From a virus (Duplodnaviria > Caudoviricetes), in the IMG/VR virus record IMGVR_UViG_2772190672_000001, positions 1 through 64,000 of that record: 64,000 nucleotides of DNA, one strand, 5' to 3'. Position 1 is the first letter of the stretch. Each line of letters starts with the position of its first letter. The position numbers and the translations under genes were made by a program. Shown piece by piece: positions 39,601 through 48,976 of this stretch. Below the pieces are notes generated by a model. The model searched no databases, had not been told where the DNA came from, and saw only the letters and a program-made list of their open reading frames with translations.

Positions 39601-40551
39601 CATCGCGCCGGTGTGGCCGCCCGCCGCGGTGACCGTCTCGGGCCCGCTGGGCACCAGCTCGTAGTCGGCACGGGTCGTGGACATGGCGCGGCGCACGGCA
39701 TCCTGCACAATCCGCCCCATTGCCTTCAAATCGAAGACTTCGCCGCGCGGGCTGTCCTGCGATTCCAAGGCGGAGGCGCGTACCTGCGGGTGGACGGCGA
39801 GGACGCACCGGCAGTTGACGACCTGATTGGCCGGGGCGGTCGGGTCGTGCGGAGCATCCATCGGGATACCGCCGACGGTGAACTGCTCGTCGAGGAGGCG
39901 GATCTGCCCGTTCGCTTCCTTGTGGGCGTGCCGTACGCGGTCGTCGCGCTGGCTGATCCACTGCTTCACGATCGGGGCGTCCGTGCCGGTCACGGCCCGT
40001 GCTGCTCCGAGCGTGGCCGTGTTCCACGCCCGGCCGGCCTCGGTGCGGGCGATGCGCTCCTCGCGGGCGTCACCGAGCTGCGCGCCCTCGCGGGCGAACC
40101 GCTCCCGCAGCCGGGCCCGCAGCTGCTCGATGCTGTCGCCGGCGTCGACCCCGGCGGCCAGCTCCTGGCGGGCGGCCTCGGCCAGCCGGTCACCGACCGC
40201 GCGCATCAGGTGCTCGGTCGTCGTGACGTAGCTGGACATGGCCGGGGGCAGGCCGCGGCCGTCGTCGTACCGGCCTGGCAGGTCGTTCCACTCCTCGGGC
40301 AGCTCGCCGCCGGTGTCGTCGGCGGCCTGCTGCGCGGCGGTCTCGGAGACCCGCAGGAGGCGGCGCACGATGCGCGGCATCCGGTCGGTGAACATGCGGG
40401 CGATCCGGGAGACGGAGAAGCGGGCCGCGACCAGCTCGGTGGCGTCGGCGAGCTGCTGGGCGAACTCGTCGGCCACCTCGGTCAGGACGGCGCTCACCTC
40501 CTGGGCGACGTCCTCCTCCGCCTGGTCGAGGAGCGCATGCAGGTCAGCCAC
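36682..40551 (-). CDS. Head morphogenesis polyprotein: MuF + 2H phosphoesterase + capsid maturation protease-like + wHTH
   Basis: RIARTE..KQW..DDRVRHAH..NCRC (MuF); HCTL and HVTA (2H); TGDGRVF..GHDGA (protease-like); AREVANALDISMQSARGHL (wHTH). Confidence 0.8.
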   Translation of the reverse strand: MADLHALLDQAEEDVAQEVSAVLTEVADEFAQQLADATELVAARFSVSRIARMFTDRMPRIVRRLLRVSETAAQQAADDTGGELPEEWNDLPGRYDDGRGLPPAMSSYVTTTEHLMRAVGDRLAEAARQELAAGVDAGDSIEQLRARLRERFAREGAQLGDAREERIARTEAGRAWNTATLGAARAVTGTDAPIVKQWISQRDDRVRHAHKEANGQIRLLDEQFTVGGIPMDAPHDPTAPANQVVNCRCVLAVHPQVRASALESQDSPRGEVFDLKAMGRIVQDAVRRAMSTTRADYELVPSGPETVTAAGGHTGAMIALVPSDADLARLAVDGGEPAEELHCTLYFLGKADAFPAHQQASLIDLLRQELQDRGLGPVPGRIFGVNRWNGNGDEPCWVWAVSDDTGDDRPEASPYLHEVRNVAGYAIRQSELDDEQVPAQHSPWVAHVTAAYGDGDLLAELEDRLGAVTFDRVRVAFAGEYTDIPLGPQQEEDTMPATAQADVMAEPITTRAWSTPGDTAIAFENEQTGDGRVFTPGSLYWDRDPKPLQYAEEMGMGHDGAELCGAINTVMRDGNRITAAGVLYLNRHTGQDAVMLLEQEAPLGVSVDLDDVDVEFVDKTLTPEDADWLFASAHLAEASVLRMEDGSIMLSGATRPEWTASTGGHIARNRFDLQVITGPGGVVNAATIRTAFARSGALTAAAGDPDNPDEGLVVHSEKSGDFLIRITKARLRGATLVAMPAYNRARIVLDPVQEAASAAPAVVLTAASETHERVVTYVCTSPVAVGAREVANALDISMQSARGHLGRAAKNGRIVRLAPGQYVGASDLPEGEVSAAVSGSTDLPVHEDREAKWEGDQARSRVLDWATDDQGNVDADKLGSAFLYRDPEGDPATADAYKLGYADVFDNGGSPRLEIVANGVYAAAGVLQGSMGGADIPEDEIPDLRDQADKLYAALAKAYKDDSIRPPWADETASLGLPPEIEASAWHALQQMPPMPAAWFQEPTVEELPDGSGGVHYKDGRVFGFVATMDEPHAGYPGKNLTVRKLSAQGLDLTHFLRAKRQLDDGTTVRVGAMTMNVGHHRDGAECETASCQFDDTRTVGAIVTVGLSSRGLWFSGAAAPWLSEWDRSVFAACQPSYHLKQGRDGKWQLRAVLTVPVPGHSTPLLAAMHAVAERAELALAASAAGLLPATDTVPGQDQDTARTASEPGPDNGVDLPGQRPDSVSGQPPAPTGDELAAALLTDSFVDRLLDAMAEREAARRAEIEALQASLAITPEEITASAATPKEND

Positions 40552-41029
40552 GATCGGACTCCTTGAACTCGTCCAGGGCGGTGATGGTCGGGCACGGGTA
40601 CGGCACGAAGTCCTCGCGGGTGCAGTGCGCGCAGCCGCCGAAGTCGTCCGTGTGCAGGGCCCGCAGACGGGCGACGGCGGCGATCAGGCCGGCGTGCTCC
40701 CAGCACGGGTGCGGCAGGGCGTCGCAGTGCAGGCAGACCGCCCAGCCACCGGCCGGCTTGGGCCCGTCGTCGTCACGGACCTGCGCGGTGACGACCATGA
40801 GGGCTTCACGGCCGCACTCGGGGCACAGCTGCTCGTGGGCCACGGTGACGTCTGTCTCCGGGGCGGGCGTGACGACGTGCTTCGACACCTCGTAGCGGTC
40901 GTTCTCGTGGTGGCGCCAGGCGGCCATCTCCTCAACCGGGTAGCGGCCCGGGCAGTGGGAGCACCAGCCGTGCACGCGGTGGGAGGCCACCGAGTGCCCG
41001 AGCGGCGCCTGGTACTGGGGGTCAGCCAC
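40544..41029 (-). CDS. Hypothetical Zn-binding protein (four CxxC)
   Basis: CSHC, CPEC, CLHC, CAHC; YPCPT; overlaps neighbours. Confidence 0.6.
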   Translation of the reverse strand: MADPQYQAPLGHSVASHRVHGWCSHCPGRYPVEEMAAWRHHENDRYEVSKHVVTPAPETDVTVAHEQLCPECGREALMVVTAQVRDDDGPKPAGGWAVCLHCDALPHPCWEHAGLIAAVARLRALHTDDFGGCAHCTREDFVPYPCPTITALDEFKESDRG

Positions 41030-41219
41030 GGCTCACCTCTCGGTCGTCGGGATCGGAACAGATCTCGCACCACGACCAGTCGCCGACCGTGGAGACGCCG
41101 TCAGCGGTGAGGACCACGACGTGGCCCACGAGGCGGGTGTAGGCCTTGCAGGCCGGGCACCAGTCCTCGCGTGGCGTGCCGGGGTCGATGGCGACGGTGA
41201 GCGGTGCCGGTTGCGGCAT
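41022..41219 (-). CDS. Small Zn-ribbon protein
   Basis: CPAC...CEIC. Confidence 0.55.
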   Translation of the reverse strand: MPQPAPLTVAIDPGTPREDWCPACKAYTRLVGHVVVLTADGVSTVGDWSWCEICSDPDDREVSRG

Positions 41220-41241
41220 GGCGGGTCTCCCTGCGCGGCGG

Positions 41242-42999
41242 TCATGCGGCCAGCCCCAGGCACGAGGTGAGGACGCCGGGCACCACGTCGTAGGAGTGCT
41301 CGATACCGGCGGCGATCAGCTCCCGGGCGTAGGAGTCGAGCGAGGCGGTCAGGCAGTCCGGGCTGAGGCCGTATCGTGCGGCGATCTCGGGGACGCGCCG
41401 CCATGCGCCGTCCAGGAGCCGGTACTGCTCGACCTGGCCGGGCTCGACCTTCCACACGGTGTGGAGGGCGGCGGGCTGGAGGTCCCGGGCCCTCGCCCGC
41501 TCGGGGCGCGGGCAGACGGGAGTCCGCATCAGCTTCTCCCCCGCTGAGGACAGGGCGGCCCAGATCAGGCCGTCTGCAGCGGCGAGGAGGCCCTCGCGGG
41601 GGCGGCCTGCGGCCGAAGCGGGCAGGGTGCCCGGCTCGTCGGCGGTCTCGTCCACCGGCAGGTCCGGCCTGGTCGGCGGGTTCTGCTCTTGGCCCTGCTG
41701 CTGGTCCTGCTGTGTCTGGTCGGCGGTCTGCTTCTGCCGCGCGGCGATCTCCTCCGGGGTGGGGGCGTCGTCGTCGGTGAAGCCGGTCTCCCGGCGGAGG
41801 GCGTCGGCGGAGATGACGCCCCGGTCGAAGGCCTGCAGGGCCGTCTCGGAGCGGTTGGTGCGCACGCGCAGCGGGGCGGTGTCGAACCAGACCAGCCAGC
41901 GATGCCAGTCGTCGATGTTCTCGGCCTGCAGGAGCGGGCGCAGCCACTGCTGCGTCAGCGCGTAGGAGACGGTGGCGAGCTTGGGCTCGATGCCCATGCG
42001 GATGGCTTCACTCGTGAGCATCCAGGCGCCCCAGTGGTTGGCGTCACCGAGGCCGAGGAGGATCTCGGCGGGGATCTCCAGCGAGTTCGCGAACCGCTTG
42101 ATGGCTTCCTCGCGGAGCTTCAGCGCCAGCTCATCGAAGTTCGATTCGAACGTGAGGAGCTTGAAGTCGGCGATCGAGTCGGCGGGGACCTCAAGGACGA
42201 TCGGGACCGTGGCGGCGGCCGACTCGGGTTCGCGGATGGCGGTCTCGGCGACCGTCATCAGGATCTCGATCAGGTCGTCCTCGGCGTCGTTCTGCGTCGG
42301 GGTGGTCGGGAACCTGGTGCCCTTGGGGACGAGGAGGATGCCGCGCCCGGTCAGCCGGGAGCGGGCGATCGCCTTGACGGCAGCGTTCAGCAGAAGCAGT
42401 TCTTCCAGCAGGTCGAGGCTGGAGCGGACGGGGCTGTCGGCTTCGATGGCCCGCTCGGGGTCGGGCTCCCACACGCGGAGGGCTACGGGGCCGTCCGGGT
42501 CGAGGTTCTCGGGGTCGCCGGCCGGAATCACGATGTCGTCGCCGTCGACTTCGGCGGTGAGCTTCCCGGACTGCTGGCGGATCTCGCGGGTGGACAGCAC
42601 CCGCCAGTCATGGCCGTCCTCGGGCGAGTCCGGCGAGAGGACTTCGTCGTTCGGGCGGATGACGATCCAGCCTTCGCCGGGCACGGTCAGGTGCTTGCCG
42701 AACGTGCCGAGGAGCTTGGACTGTCCGTCGGGGCCGCCCGCGATCTGAGCAACGATCTCCGAGGCGCGGTGGTTGTCGGGGGCGCGTTCGATCGAGCCGT
42801 CTTCGGCGCGGCGGCCAGCGTAGAGGACGGCGCCGGACATGGCGTTGCCGATGTAGTTGGCGGCAAACCGGACTTCGGGTACCAGGTGGTACAGGTCCCA
42901 GGCGCGGTTCTGCCATCCCTGGTCGGTGGCGGTGGCCTTGCCGCGTCCGACCTTCCTGTCGATGTAGCGGGACGCTGCCGCTGCGATCTCGCCGCGCAT
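41242..42999 (-). CDS. Portal protein
   Basis: WQ.RAW..Y....E.RF, VPGEGW, ADSP.R, P.E.LLG....NHW.AW motifs; between terminase and MuF genes. Confidence 0.8.
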   Translation of the reverse strand: MRGEIAAAASRYIDRKVGRGKATATDQGWQNRAWDLYHLVPEVRFAANYIGNAMSGAVLYAGRRAEDGSIERAPDNHRASEIVAQIAGGPDGQSKLLGTFGKHLTVPGEGWIVIRPNDEVLSPDSPEDGHDWRVLSTREIRQQSGKLTAEVDGDDIVIPAGDPENLDPDGPVALRVWEPDPERAIEADSPVRSSLDLLEELLLLNAAVKAIARSRLTGRGILLVPKGTRFPTTPTQNDAEDDLIEILMTVAETAIREPESAAATVPIVLEVPADSIADFKLLTFESNFDELALKLREEAIKRFANSLEIPAEILLGLGDANHWGAWMLTSEAIRMGIEPKLATVSYALTQQWLRPLLQAENIDDWHRWLVWFDTAPLRVRTNRSETALQAFDRGVISADALRRETGFTDDDAPTPEEIAARQKQTADQTQQDQQQGQEQNPPTRPDLPVDETADEPGTLPASAAGRPREGLLAAADGLIWAALSSAGEKLMRTPVCPRPERARARDLQPAALHTVWKVEPGQVEQYRLLDGAWRRVPEIAARYGLSPDCLTASLDSYARELIAAGIEHSYDVVPGVLTSCLGLAA

Positions 43000-43343
43000 C
43001 AGCGGGCCGTGAGGTCGCCGAGCGTGTCGTCCACGCGGTTCAGGAAGACGGAGGCGCCAGCGACCGCCAGCCACTCCAGGCCGTGGACGAGCAGCGGGCT
43101 GTCGTCCCACTGACCGGAGGCGAGGAGCCAGGTCACGAGGGTGGCGCCGCTGATCCACCAGCCCATGCAGTACACGCAGCTGATGAGGGAGACGACCCAC
43201 TCGCGGGGCTTGCTGTCGGGCTTGCGGGTCTGCCAGTCGAAGACGGCGCCGCGCGCCGGTTCCAGGATGGCGTCGTGGACGGCCAGCTGCGTTGCCCGGT
43301 ACCCGGCGGCAGCGAGGACGACTAGCTCCGGAACGCCGATCAT
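42999..43343 (-). CDS. DUF1360-like membrane protein
   Basis: YR.T.L...D.I..P.R and LI.C.YC.GWW motifs. Confidence 0.7.
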   Translation of the reverse strand: MIGVPELVVLAAAGYRATQLAVHDAILEPARGAVFDWQTRKPDSKPREWVVSLISCVYCMGWWISGATLVTWLLASGQWDDSPLLVHGLEWLAVAGASVFLNRVDDTLGDLTAR

Positions 43344-43697
43344 TCCCAACCCCTTGCTGAAGATCCTTCGGAATGCGGCGGCTCACTATAGGCATACGCC
43401 GTAAATCCTGCTCTAAAACTGATCTTCCACCGCAATACTTTGATCATCAGCCAGGTTTATACATCCCGTGCCGGTCTGTCTGCTCTGCTACGGTTCGGCC
43501 TCCGTCCTCCTCGGCCGGGAGTGACGTTCACGGGCGTCGGCGGCTATGCCGCTACAGCGTCCGGACGGCAGGTGTCGCGCAACCCCAGCCGCCGACGCCC
43601 TCTTCACACATCCGCTCGCGTAGTCAATTTCCGTACAGTCACCTGGGCTTTCCTGGGATCCTTCGTGCTGAGTCACGAGGTGGACAGGAGCCGAAGC

Positions 43698-44954
43698 GTG
43701 ATCATTCTTGATGCGTGCATTCTTCGCGGATCCGGCCTGAACAGCAGCAGCACGGATGTCCTGCGGGCCATACGCACTGCTGGTGTCGAGGGCGTCGCGG
43801 TCCCGTGGATGGTCATGGAGGAGCTTTCCGCGCAGCAGGCGATCAAGTACCGCAAGCAGTACGAGGCGGCGGCACAGGCGATCGAGTCCCTGGGCAAGCT
43901 GACGCCGTGGGGGCTGGGCTACCCGATGCCGGACATGGACCTTGACCGACTCCGGGAGCACTGGCGTAAGCAGTGGTCGAGCGTTGTCGATGTGATCCCC
44001 ACCAGCGAAGCCGCGCTTCGGGAGGGGGCGTTCCGCGAGGCGAACGGGTTGGCTCCTTGCAGGGACGACGGGAGAAAGACCGGGGCACGGGACGCGGCCA
44101 TATGGCTGTCGGCCGTCGAGTACGCCAAGGAACACGCGGATCAGACCGTCTACTTCGTCAGCGACAACACCCGGGACTTCGGGGACGGCACGAGCTACGC
44201 GGATCCGATGCGCACTGACATCGCCGAACTTGGGGAGCGGTTCGTCCACCTGACCGGCCTGGGCGAGGTCATCGACCGATTCACGGAATCCACGACCGTC
44301 GAGCAAGACGTCATCCAGCGCGCCGTGGAGTCCGAGGCTGCCCTCAGCGCCATCAGTCGTCTCGCGCACACCCTTGGAGGCGGCGGGAAGAGCACTGCCT
44401 GGCTCCAGGCGATCGGCGGCAGCGCGTTCCCGTGCAAGGTGGCTGATGAGAATCAGGAGCCCATTCACGTCAGCGCAGACGGCTGGCTCCACGATGCGTT
44501 GAGGACTCGGCCCACCACGATCAGCGACGTGGAGTCGTACCGCGTCGGCGATCATGTCTGGTGCACGGCTACCGTCCGATGGCTTGTCTATGGCACCGCT
44601 CTCTTCGGCAGCTTCCCGAAGATGGCGGCTTGCGCCTTCGAGGCACGGGTTCTGTTCGCTCCAGACAATGACGACCCCCGCCTGACGGTCCTCCGCCACT
44701 CCCCCTTCGAGCCCGCTACGGACGCCGAGTTCACCGAGCTGAAACCCGTACTGACGTGGAACTTTCTGCTGAGCGCGGACGAGTTGCGGGCACGCACGGG
44801 GGTGGACCAAGCCGCGCTCGCCAAGATCGTCGCGGATGGGGACACGAAGCTGTGGATGAGGGTCCTGGCAGCTACCACGATGCTGACCACCGGACTTTCC
44901 AAACCGCTGTCGGCCATCTCCGACATCCACATGGGCGAGACCCACGAAGGCTGA
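43698..44954 (+). CDS. PIN-domain ribonuclease-like protein (moron)
   Basis: IILDACIL, VMEEL, RDAAIWLS, FVSDNTRDF acidic tetrad; AGGAG RBS; opposite strand. Confidence 0.75.
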   Translation: MIILDACILRGSGLNSSSTDVLRAIRTAGVEGVAVPWMVMEELSAQQAIKYRKQYEAAAQAIESLGKLTPWGLGYPMPDMDLDRLREHWRKQWSSVVDVIPTSEAALREGAFREANGLAPCRDDGRKTGARDAAIWLSAVEYAKEHADQTVYFVSDNTRDFGDGTSYADPMRTDIAELGERFVHLTGLGEVIDRFTESTTVEQDVIQRAVESEAALSAISRLAHTLGGGGKSTAWLQAIGGSAFPCKVADENQEPIHVSADGWLHDALRTRPTTISDVESYRVGDHVWCTATVRWLVYGTALFGSFPKMAACAFEARVLFAPDNDDPRLTVLRHSPFEPATDAEFTELKPVLTWNFLLSADELRARTGVDQAALAKIVADGDTKLWMRVLAATTMLTTGLSKPLSAISDIHMGETHEG

Positions 44955-45071
44955 ACAGGGCGCGTGTCACGGGCTCAGACCGTCGCGTGGCAGCGCACAC
45001 AGGTACTGCCGCCGGTCACCGTTGCCTCACACTGGCACTCCGACCTACCCACCACAGCGGAAGGACCCTGC

Positions 45072-45275
45072 ATGGCCGCCAGCGATATCGCACAGAACAT
45101 CTTCGGCGAGGGCGAGAAGGTCTACTACGCCGAGGGCGACGAGCTGAAGGTGGGCGAGGTGCTGGAGATAACGGTCGACGGCGACGTCAAGATCGCCTCG
45201 CAGTTCGCGGACAGCATCCTCACCCGCCACGAAAAGCATGTACTGGCGGTCCAGCCCTACGCTGAGAAGGGCTGA
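45072..45275 (+). CDS. Small acidic hypothetical protein
   Basis: GAAGGA RBS; 67 aa; GC-biased third positions. Confidence 0.5.
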   Translation: MAASDIAQNIFGEGEKVYYAEGDELKVGEVLEITVDGDVKIASQFADSILTRHEKHVLAVQPYAEKG

Positions 45276-45298
45276 TCACCCGGCAGGTGTACGCCGGG

Positions 45299-45568
45299 TC
45301 AGAACAGCGCCACGGTGCCCAACGGGCCGACCGGCATCTCGTCCAGCTCCTGGCCCTCCCCGGCCTCCATGAACTCCAGCTGCTCGGCCGGACGCGGCAG
45401 GTCCACGATGGCCAACGAGCCGGGGCAGGACACCAGGGAGTCCCCGTAGCGGGCGCGCCGGTCGGGCGGGTCGTGCCGACACAGCCGGCCCTTGCTGAGA
45501 CTTCCGGCTACCGGCCCGGCCGCGATCGGCCGCTGGCACTCCCTGCAGTGGACTCGGGGCAGTTTCAC
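45299..45568 (-). CDS. Hypothetical Zn-binding protein
   Basis: CREC...RH...CPGS motif. Confidence 0.55.
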   Translation of the reverse strand: MKLPRVHCRECQRPIAAGPVAGSLSKGRLCRHDPPDRRARYGDSLVSCPGSLAIVDLPRPAEQLEFMEAGEGQELDEMPVGPLGTVALF

Positions 45569-45739
45569 ACCGGTTAGTGTGCCGATGCCCGGCCTGCCGC
45601 GTACAGCAGACCGGGCACCCGGGCCCGTGCGGGCCGGCGTACCTCTACGGGATCCAGCGGCAGAACCACAGGTAGTCGGCCCCGCTGCGGTAGCTGTCGC
45701 GGACGTCTCGCAGCAGGCGGTAGATGCGTTCTGTCATGC

Positions 45740-47326
45740 TCACTTGCCGATCCTCCGTCCGTACGCCTGGGCCGGGCCGCCCGGCCGGCCGGTGCGCCCG
45801 TACTGGCCGGGCTGCGGCGCGGTCGGCAGCGGGGCGTGCACGATAGCGCCCTGGTTGACCTCCGGGATCAGGCCGTACACCAGGACACAGGAGGCGTCGA
45901 TCCGGCCAGGGCTGTCGGAGTCGGTGGGCTGCCACGTCGCCCATTCGTTCTCCAGGTCCACGAACGCGCCGCGCAGCCGGATGCGGTCCTCGACCATCTG
46001 CTGGGCGATCGGCTCCGCCCTGAGCAACTTGCCTTGCTTGGCGCTGACGGCGTCGATCATCGGCATCAGCTTGCCCTTGGGGATGCGGCCCTCATCCTGA
46101 AGCGCCTGCCAGGCGGTGCTGATTGCCAACGTGCACATGTCTCGGCCGTAGTTCCACTCGACGTAGATCACGCCGGCGTTTGTCTCGTGCGCGAGCAGGC
46201 AGGCGGTGCGGGACCACTCGGCCGACGACATCGCCTTCGTCTTGTCGTGCGTGATCCACACCCGGTTGTCGGCGCCGAGGAAGCCGCCGATGACGCCCGC
46301 GGTGTCCCGGCCACCGCCGGACGGGTCGATCGACACGGCGATCTTCTGCGGCTCCACCACGGTGATGCCGTCGCGGATCGACCGCAGCAGGTCCCGGGAG
46401 ACGAGCGCGCCCTCGGACGGCTGCGGGTCGCCCTGCGACAGGGCGTGCCAGTCCCGCACCGTCGACGTCCGCTTCACGTCGCTCCACCAGGCCAGCAGCG
46501 CCCGCCGGTTCCTCGTGGGGATCTTCGGGTGCGGCAGCGGGTCGCCGTCCTGCCGGCCGAGCGGATCCGGCCCGAACTTCGATGGGTTGGCGATCGCCGG
46601 GAGGTGGACGACCTTCCACCGGCCGCCCTCCTCCAGCCGGCCGTCCTCCTCCAGCCGGCGGCCCGCGAAATCGTCCGGGTGCCAGCGGGTCTGGATCGCC
46701 ACCACCGCGTTGCGGTCCGGCTGCAGACGCTTCAGCGCGGCCGACGACCACCAGTCGTGGACGCGTTCGCGCATCTTCTTCGACTCGGCCTCGGCACGGT
46801 CCTTGTGCGGGTCGTCCACGACCAGCAGGTTCACGGAGAAGCCGGTGAGGCCCGCGCCGAGGGACACCGAGCGGACGCCGCCGCCCTGGTTCGTGTCGTA
46901 GTCCTGTGCGGCCTCCGACCCGGGCAGCAGGGACAGCCCGAACTCGCCGCCGTACTCGCCGATGTACTGCCGGATCGTCTTGCCTCGGCGCAGCGCCAGG
47001 TCGTCGGAGTACGAGGTGACCGCCACCCGGTCCTCGCCGTGCAGACACAGCCACCAGAACGGGAACCACTCGGCCGTCGTGGTGCTCTTGCCCACCTGCG
47101 CCGGGGTGATCACGAGGAGCCGGTCGTACTCGCCGCGCTCCAGGTCCACGAGCGCATCGCTGATGACCTTCAGGTGCGGGCGCATCCGGTAGCTGGGGTC
47201 CAGGCCGCGCGCGAGCGTCGCGGGGTCCCGCAGCAGGTCCCGGGCGGCTGCCCGCTTCGCGGCCTGCAGCCGCGCGTACACCGCGGCGTCGTTCAGGTGG
47301 CCCAGCTCCGGGGCGAGCGTGGTCAT
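45740..47326 (-). CDS. terL: Terminase large subunit
   Basis: PAQVGKST Walker A, LLVVDDPHKD Walker B, QTRWH.DD, SIDPS nuclease domain, K..RA.P. Confidence 0.92.
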   Translation of the reverse strand: MTTLAPELGHLNDAAVYARLQAAKRAAARDLLRDPATLARGLDPSYRMRPHLKVISDALVDLERGEYDRLLVITPAQVGKSTTTAEWFPFWWLCLHGEDRVAVTSYSDDLALRRGKTIRQYIGEYGGEFGLSLLPGSEAAQDYDTNQGGGVRSVSLGAGLTGFSVNLLVVDDPHKDRAEAESKKMRERVHDWWSSAALKRLQPDRNAVVAIQTRWHPDDFAGRRLEEDGRLEEGGRWKVVHLPAIANPSKFGPDPLGRQDGDPLPHPKIPTRNRRALLAWWSDVKRTSTVRDWHALSQGDPQPSEGALVSRDLLRSIRDGITVVEPQKIAVSIDPSGGGRDTAGVIGGFLGADNRVWITHDKTKAMSSAEWSRTACLLAHETNAGVIYVEWNYGRDMCTLAISTAWQALQDEGRIPKGKLMPMIDAVSAKQGKLLRAEPIAQQMVEDRIRLRGAFVDLENEWATWQPTDSDSPGRIDASCVLVYGLIPEVNQGAIVHAPLPTAPQPGQYGRTGRPGGPAQAYGRRIGK

Positions 47327-48012
47327 GACTCACCGCTGTCTTCGTCCACCGGCTCCGCGCCCCGCTCGCCGGCCGCCTCGCCTGGCTCGTCGTCGTCCTG
47401 GTCGTCGCCGGGGTCGTACGTGCCGTCATCCTCGTCGTCGGTGTCGTCCAGGGCGTGCGCGCGGCGGGCGACCGTCGCGGCCAGCTCGGCGAGCCGTACG
47501 CGCCGCTGCTCCGGGGGCAGCTTCTGGAACTCCTCGACCTGGACCGTCAGCGGGTCGCCGCCGGGCCCGGTGACCGCGATCGTCTCCGTCGGGTCGCCGA
47601 ACAGGTTCCGGCGCAGCCGCATCGTGGTCTCCACGAACCGCGTGAACTCCATGACGGTCATCGAGCCGACCTGCTGCTGGATGTGGGGCAGCGCCTGGCC
47701 GACCATGCCGGTCATGATCCGCAGGATCTTCGCGTCGTCGCGGGCGGACTTGCGGCGCTCCTCTTCCATCTCGGCGGTGTACTGCTGCTGCTGGTGGGCG
47801 TCCCAGGCTGCGGCCCGGTCCTGCCAGCGGTACTGGGCGGCGAGGGCTCGGACGTGGCTGTACGAAAGTGCTAGCTGGTCTGACGCTTTTGCAAGGGTTC
47901 TGGTGAGGCCGAGGTCGCGGAAGACGAGGAAGCGGGAGTGCCGCTTGGGGGTCTCGCCGGGCTGTCGCTCCCACGGGTCGAGGGTGGGGTCGAGGGTGAT
48001 GCGGTCGCTCAT
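47323..48012 (-). CDS. Terminase small subunit (probable)
   Basis: WERQPGET...F..FRDLG..R.L...W..RA.AWD HTH-like motif; VTGPGGDPL; overlaps terL start. Confidence 0.7.
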   Translation of the reverse strand: MSDRITLDPTLDPWERQPGETPKRHSRFLVFRDLGLTRTLAKASDQLALSYSHVRALAAQYRWQDRAAAWDAHQQQQYTAEMEEERRKSARDDAKILRIMTGMVGQALPHIQQQVGSMTVMEFTRFVETTMRLRRNLFGDPTETIAVTGPGGDPLTVQVEEFQKLPPEQRRVRLAELAATVARRAHALDDTDDEDDGTYDPGDDQDDDEPGEAAGERGAEPVDEDSGES

Positions 48013-48145
48013 GGGTGCTCACGGTCCTTCTGTCCCGGCCCGGGGGGGGTGGGCGGGTGCTCCGGTGGTAGGCGCGAGCCCGCAAAGCCGGTGTGGGGGT
48101 GGGGGCTTTGCGGGCTGTGGCCATGCGTGGGTGCGTCGGGCGTGG

Positions 48146-48976
48146 CTAGGCCGTGGTGTCGGCCTTGGCGGCTTCCTCGGCTTCCTTGGCGGCTTGCTCG
48201 ACTTCGCGGCGGGCGATGTCGGTGAGGAGGGCGATCATGGTGGTGAAGTTGCGGACGTCTTTGCAGCGGCCGAAGGCGTACACCGCGGCGGCGAAGTCCT
48301 CGAACATCTCGACGGGGGCGGCGCCGACGAGGTCGGTGCCGTTGGCGATGGCGGTGATGGCGTCCTTGAAGTCCTCCATCTGGTGCGGGAGGAACATGAG
48401 GGTGGCGGAGCGCCAGTCGAACTCGCCGTGTGGGATGGCCAGCTTGGTGTCGTCGGGTTCGACGGTGGGGAGCTGGTTCTCGTCCAGGCCGGTGGCGATC
48501 AGGTCGTCCACGTTGTCGATCATGGAGACGAGCTGTGCGAGGACGTCCTTGTCGGGATCGCCGTGCAGCTCGTTGTGGGCAATCTGCTTGGCGATGACCT
48601 CGGAGCGGCGCATCGTGCGGGTGTCGATGATGGCGGGGATCTGCTGGAGGCCGGCGGCGCGTGCGGCGCGGGAGCGGTGGTGGCCGGAGATGACCTCGAT
48701 CGGGCCGGTTCCGCCGGGCTGGTGGCAGTAGGGCAGGGACTCGACCATGCCGCGCTTGCGGATGTTGCCGGTGAGCCGCTCGAAGTGGCGGGGCTGCATG
48801 ACCTGGGCGTTGATGTCCTGCTCACGGAGGGAGGCGACGTCGACCCAGCGGATGAACAGGTCCTCCCCGATCTGCATGACGTCGCGGGCCGGGTTCTCGG
48901 TGCTCCAGGACATGCCGGTCGGGTCGGGGTCCGGGGCCTGGGCCGGCTCCTGGTCCTGGGGGGCCGGGGTGGTCAC
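48146..48976 (-). CDS. ParB/Srx N-terminal-domain protein
   Basis: GTG 48976 overlapping upstream stop; NA..M, VISGHHRSRAA, IAHN.L.G. Confidence 0.8.
   Translation of the reverse strand: MTTPAPQDQEPAQAPDPDPTGMSWSTENPARDVMQIGEDLFIRWVDVASLREQDINAQVMQPRHFERLTGNIRKRGMVESLPYCHQPGGTGPIEVISGHHRSRAARAAGLQQIPAIIDTRTMRRSEVIAKQIAHNELHGDPDKDVLAQLVSMIDNVDDLIATGLDENQLPTVEPDDTKLAIPHGEFDWRSATLMFLPHQMEDFKDAITAIANGTDLVGAAPVEMFEDFAAAVYAFGRCKDVRNFTTMIALLTDIARREVEQAAKEAEEAAKADTTA

Noticed and set aside
43370-43395. Tenth late motif upstream of the portal operon
   Set aside because: TATAGT is followed only by CGCCGC and the rest diverges; a plausible promoter but not a supportable motif copy
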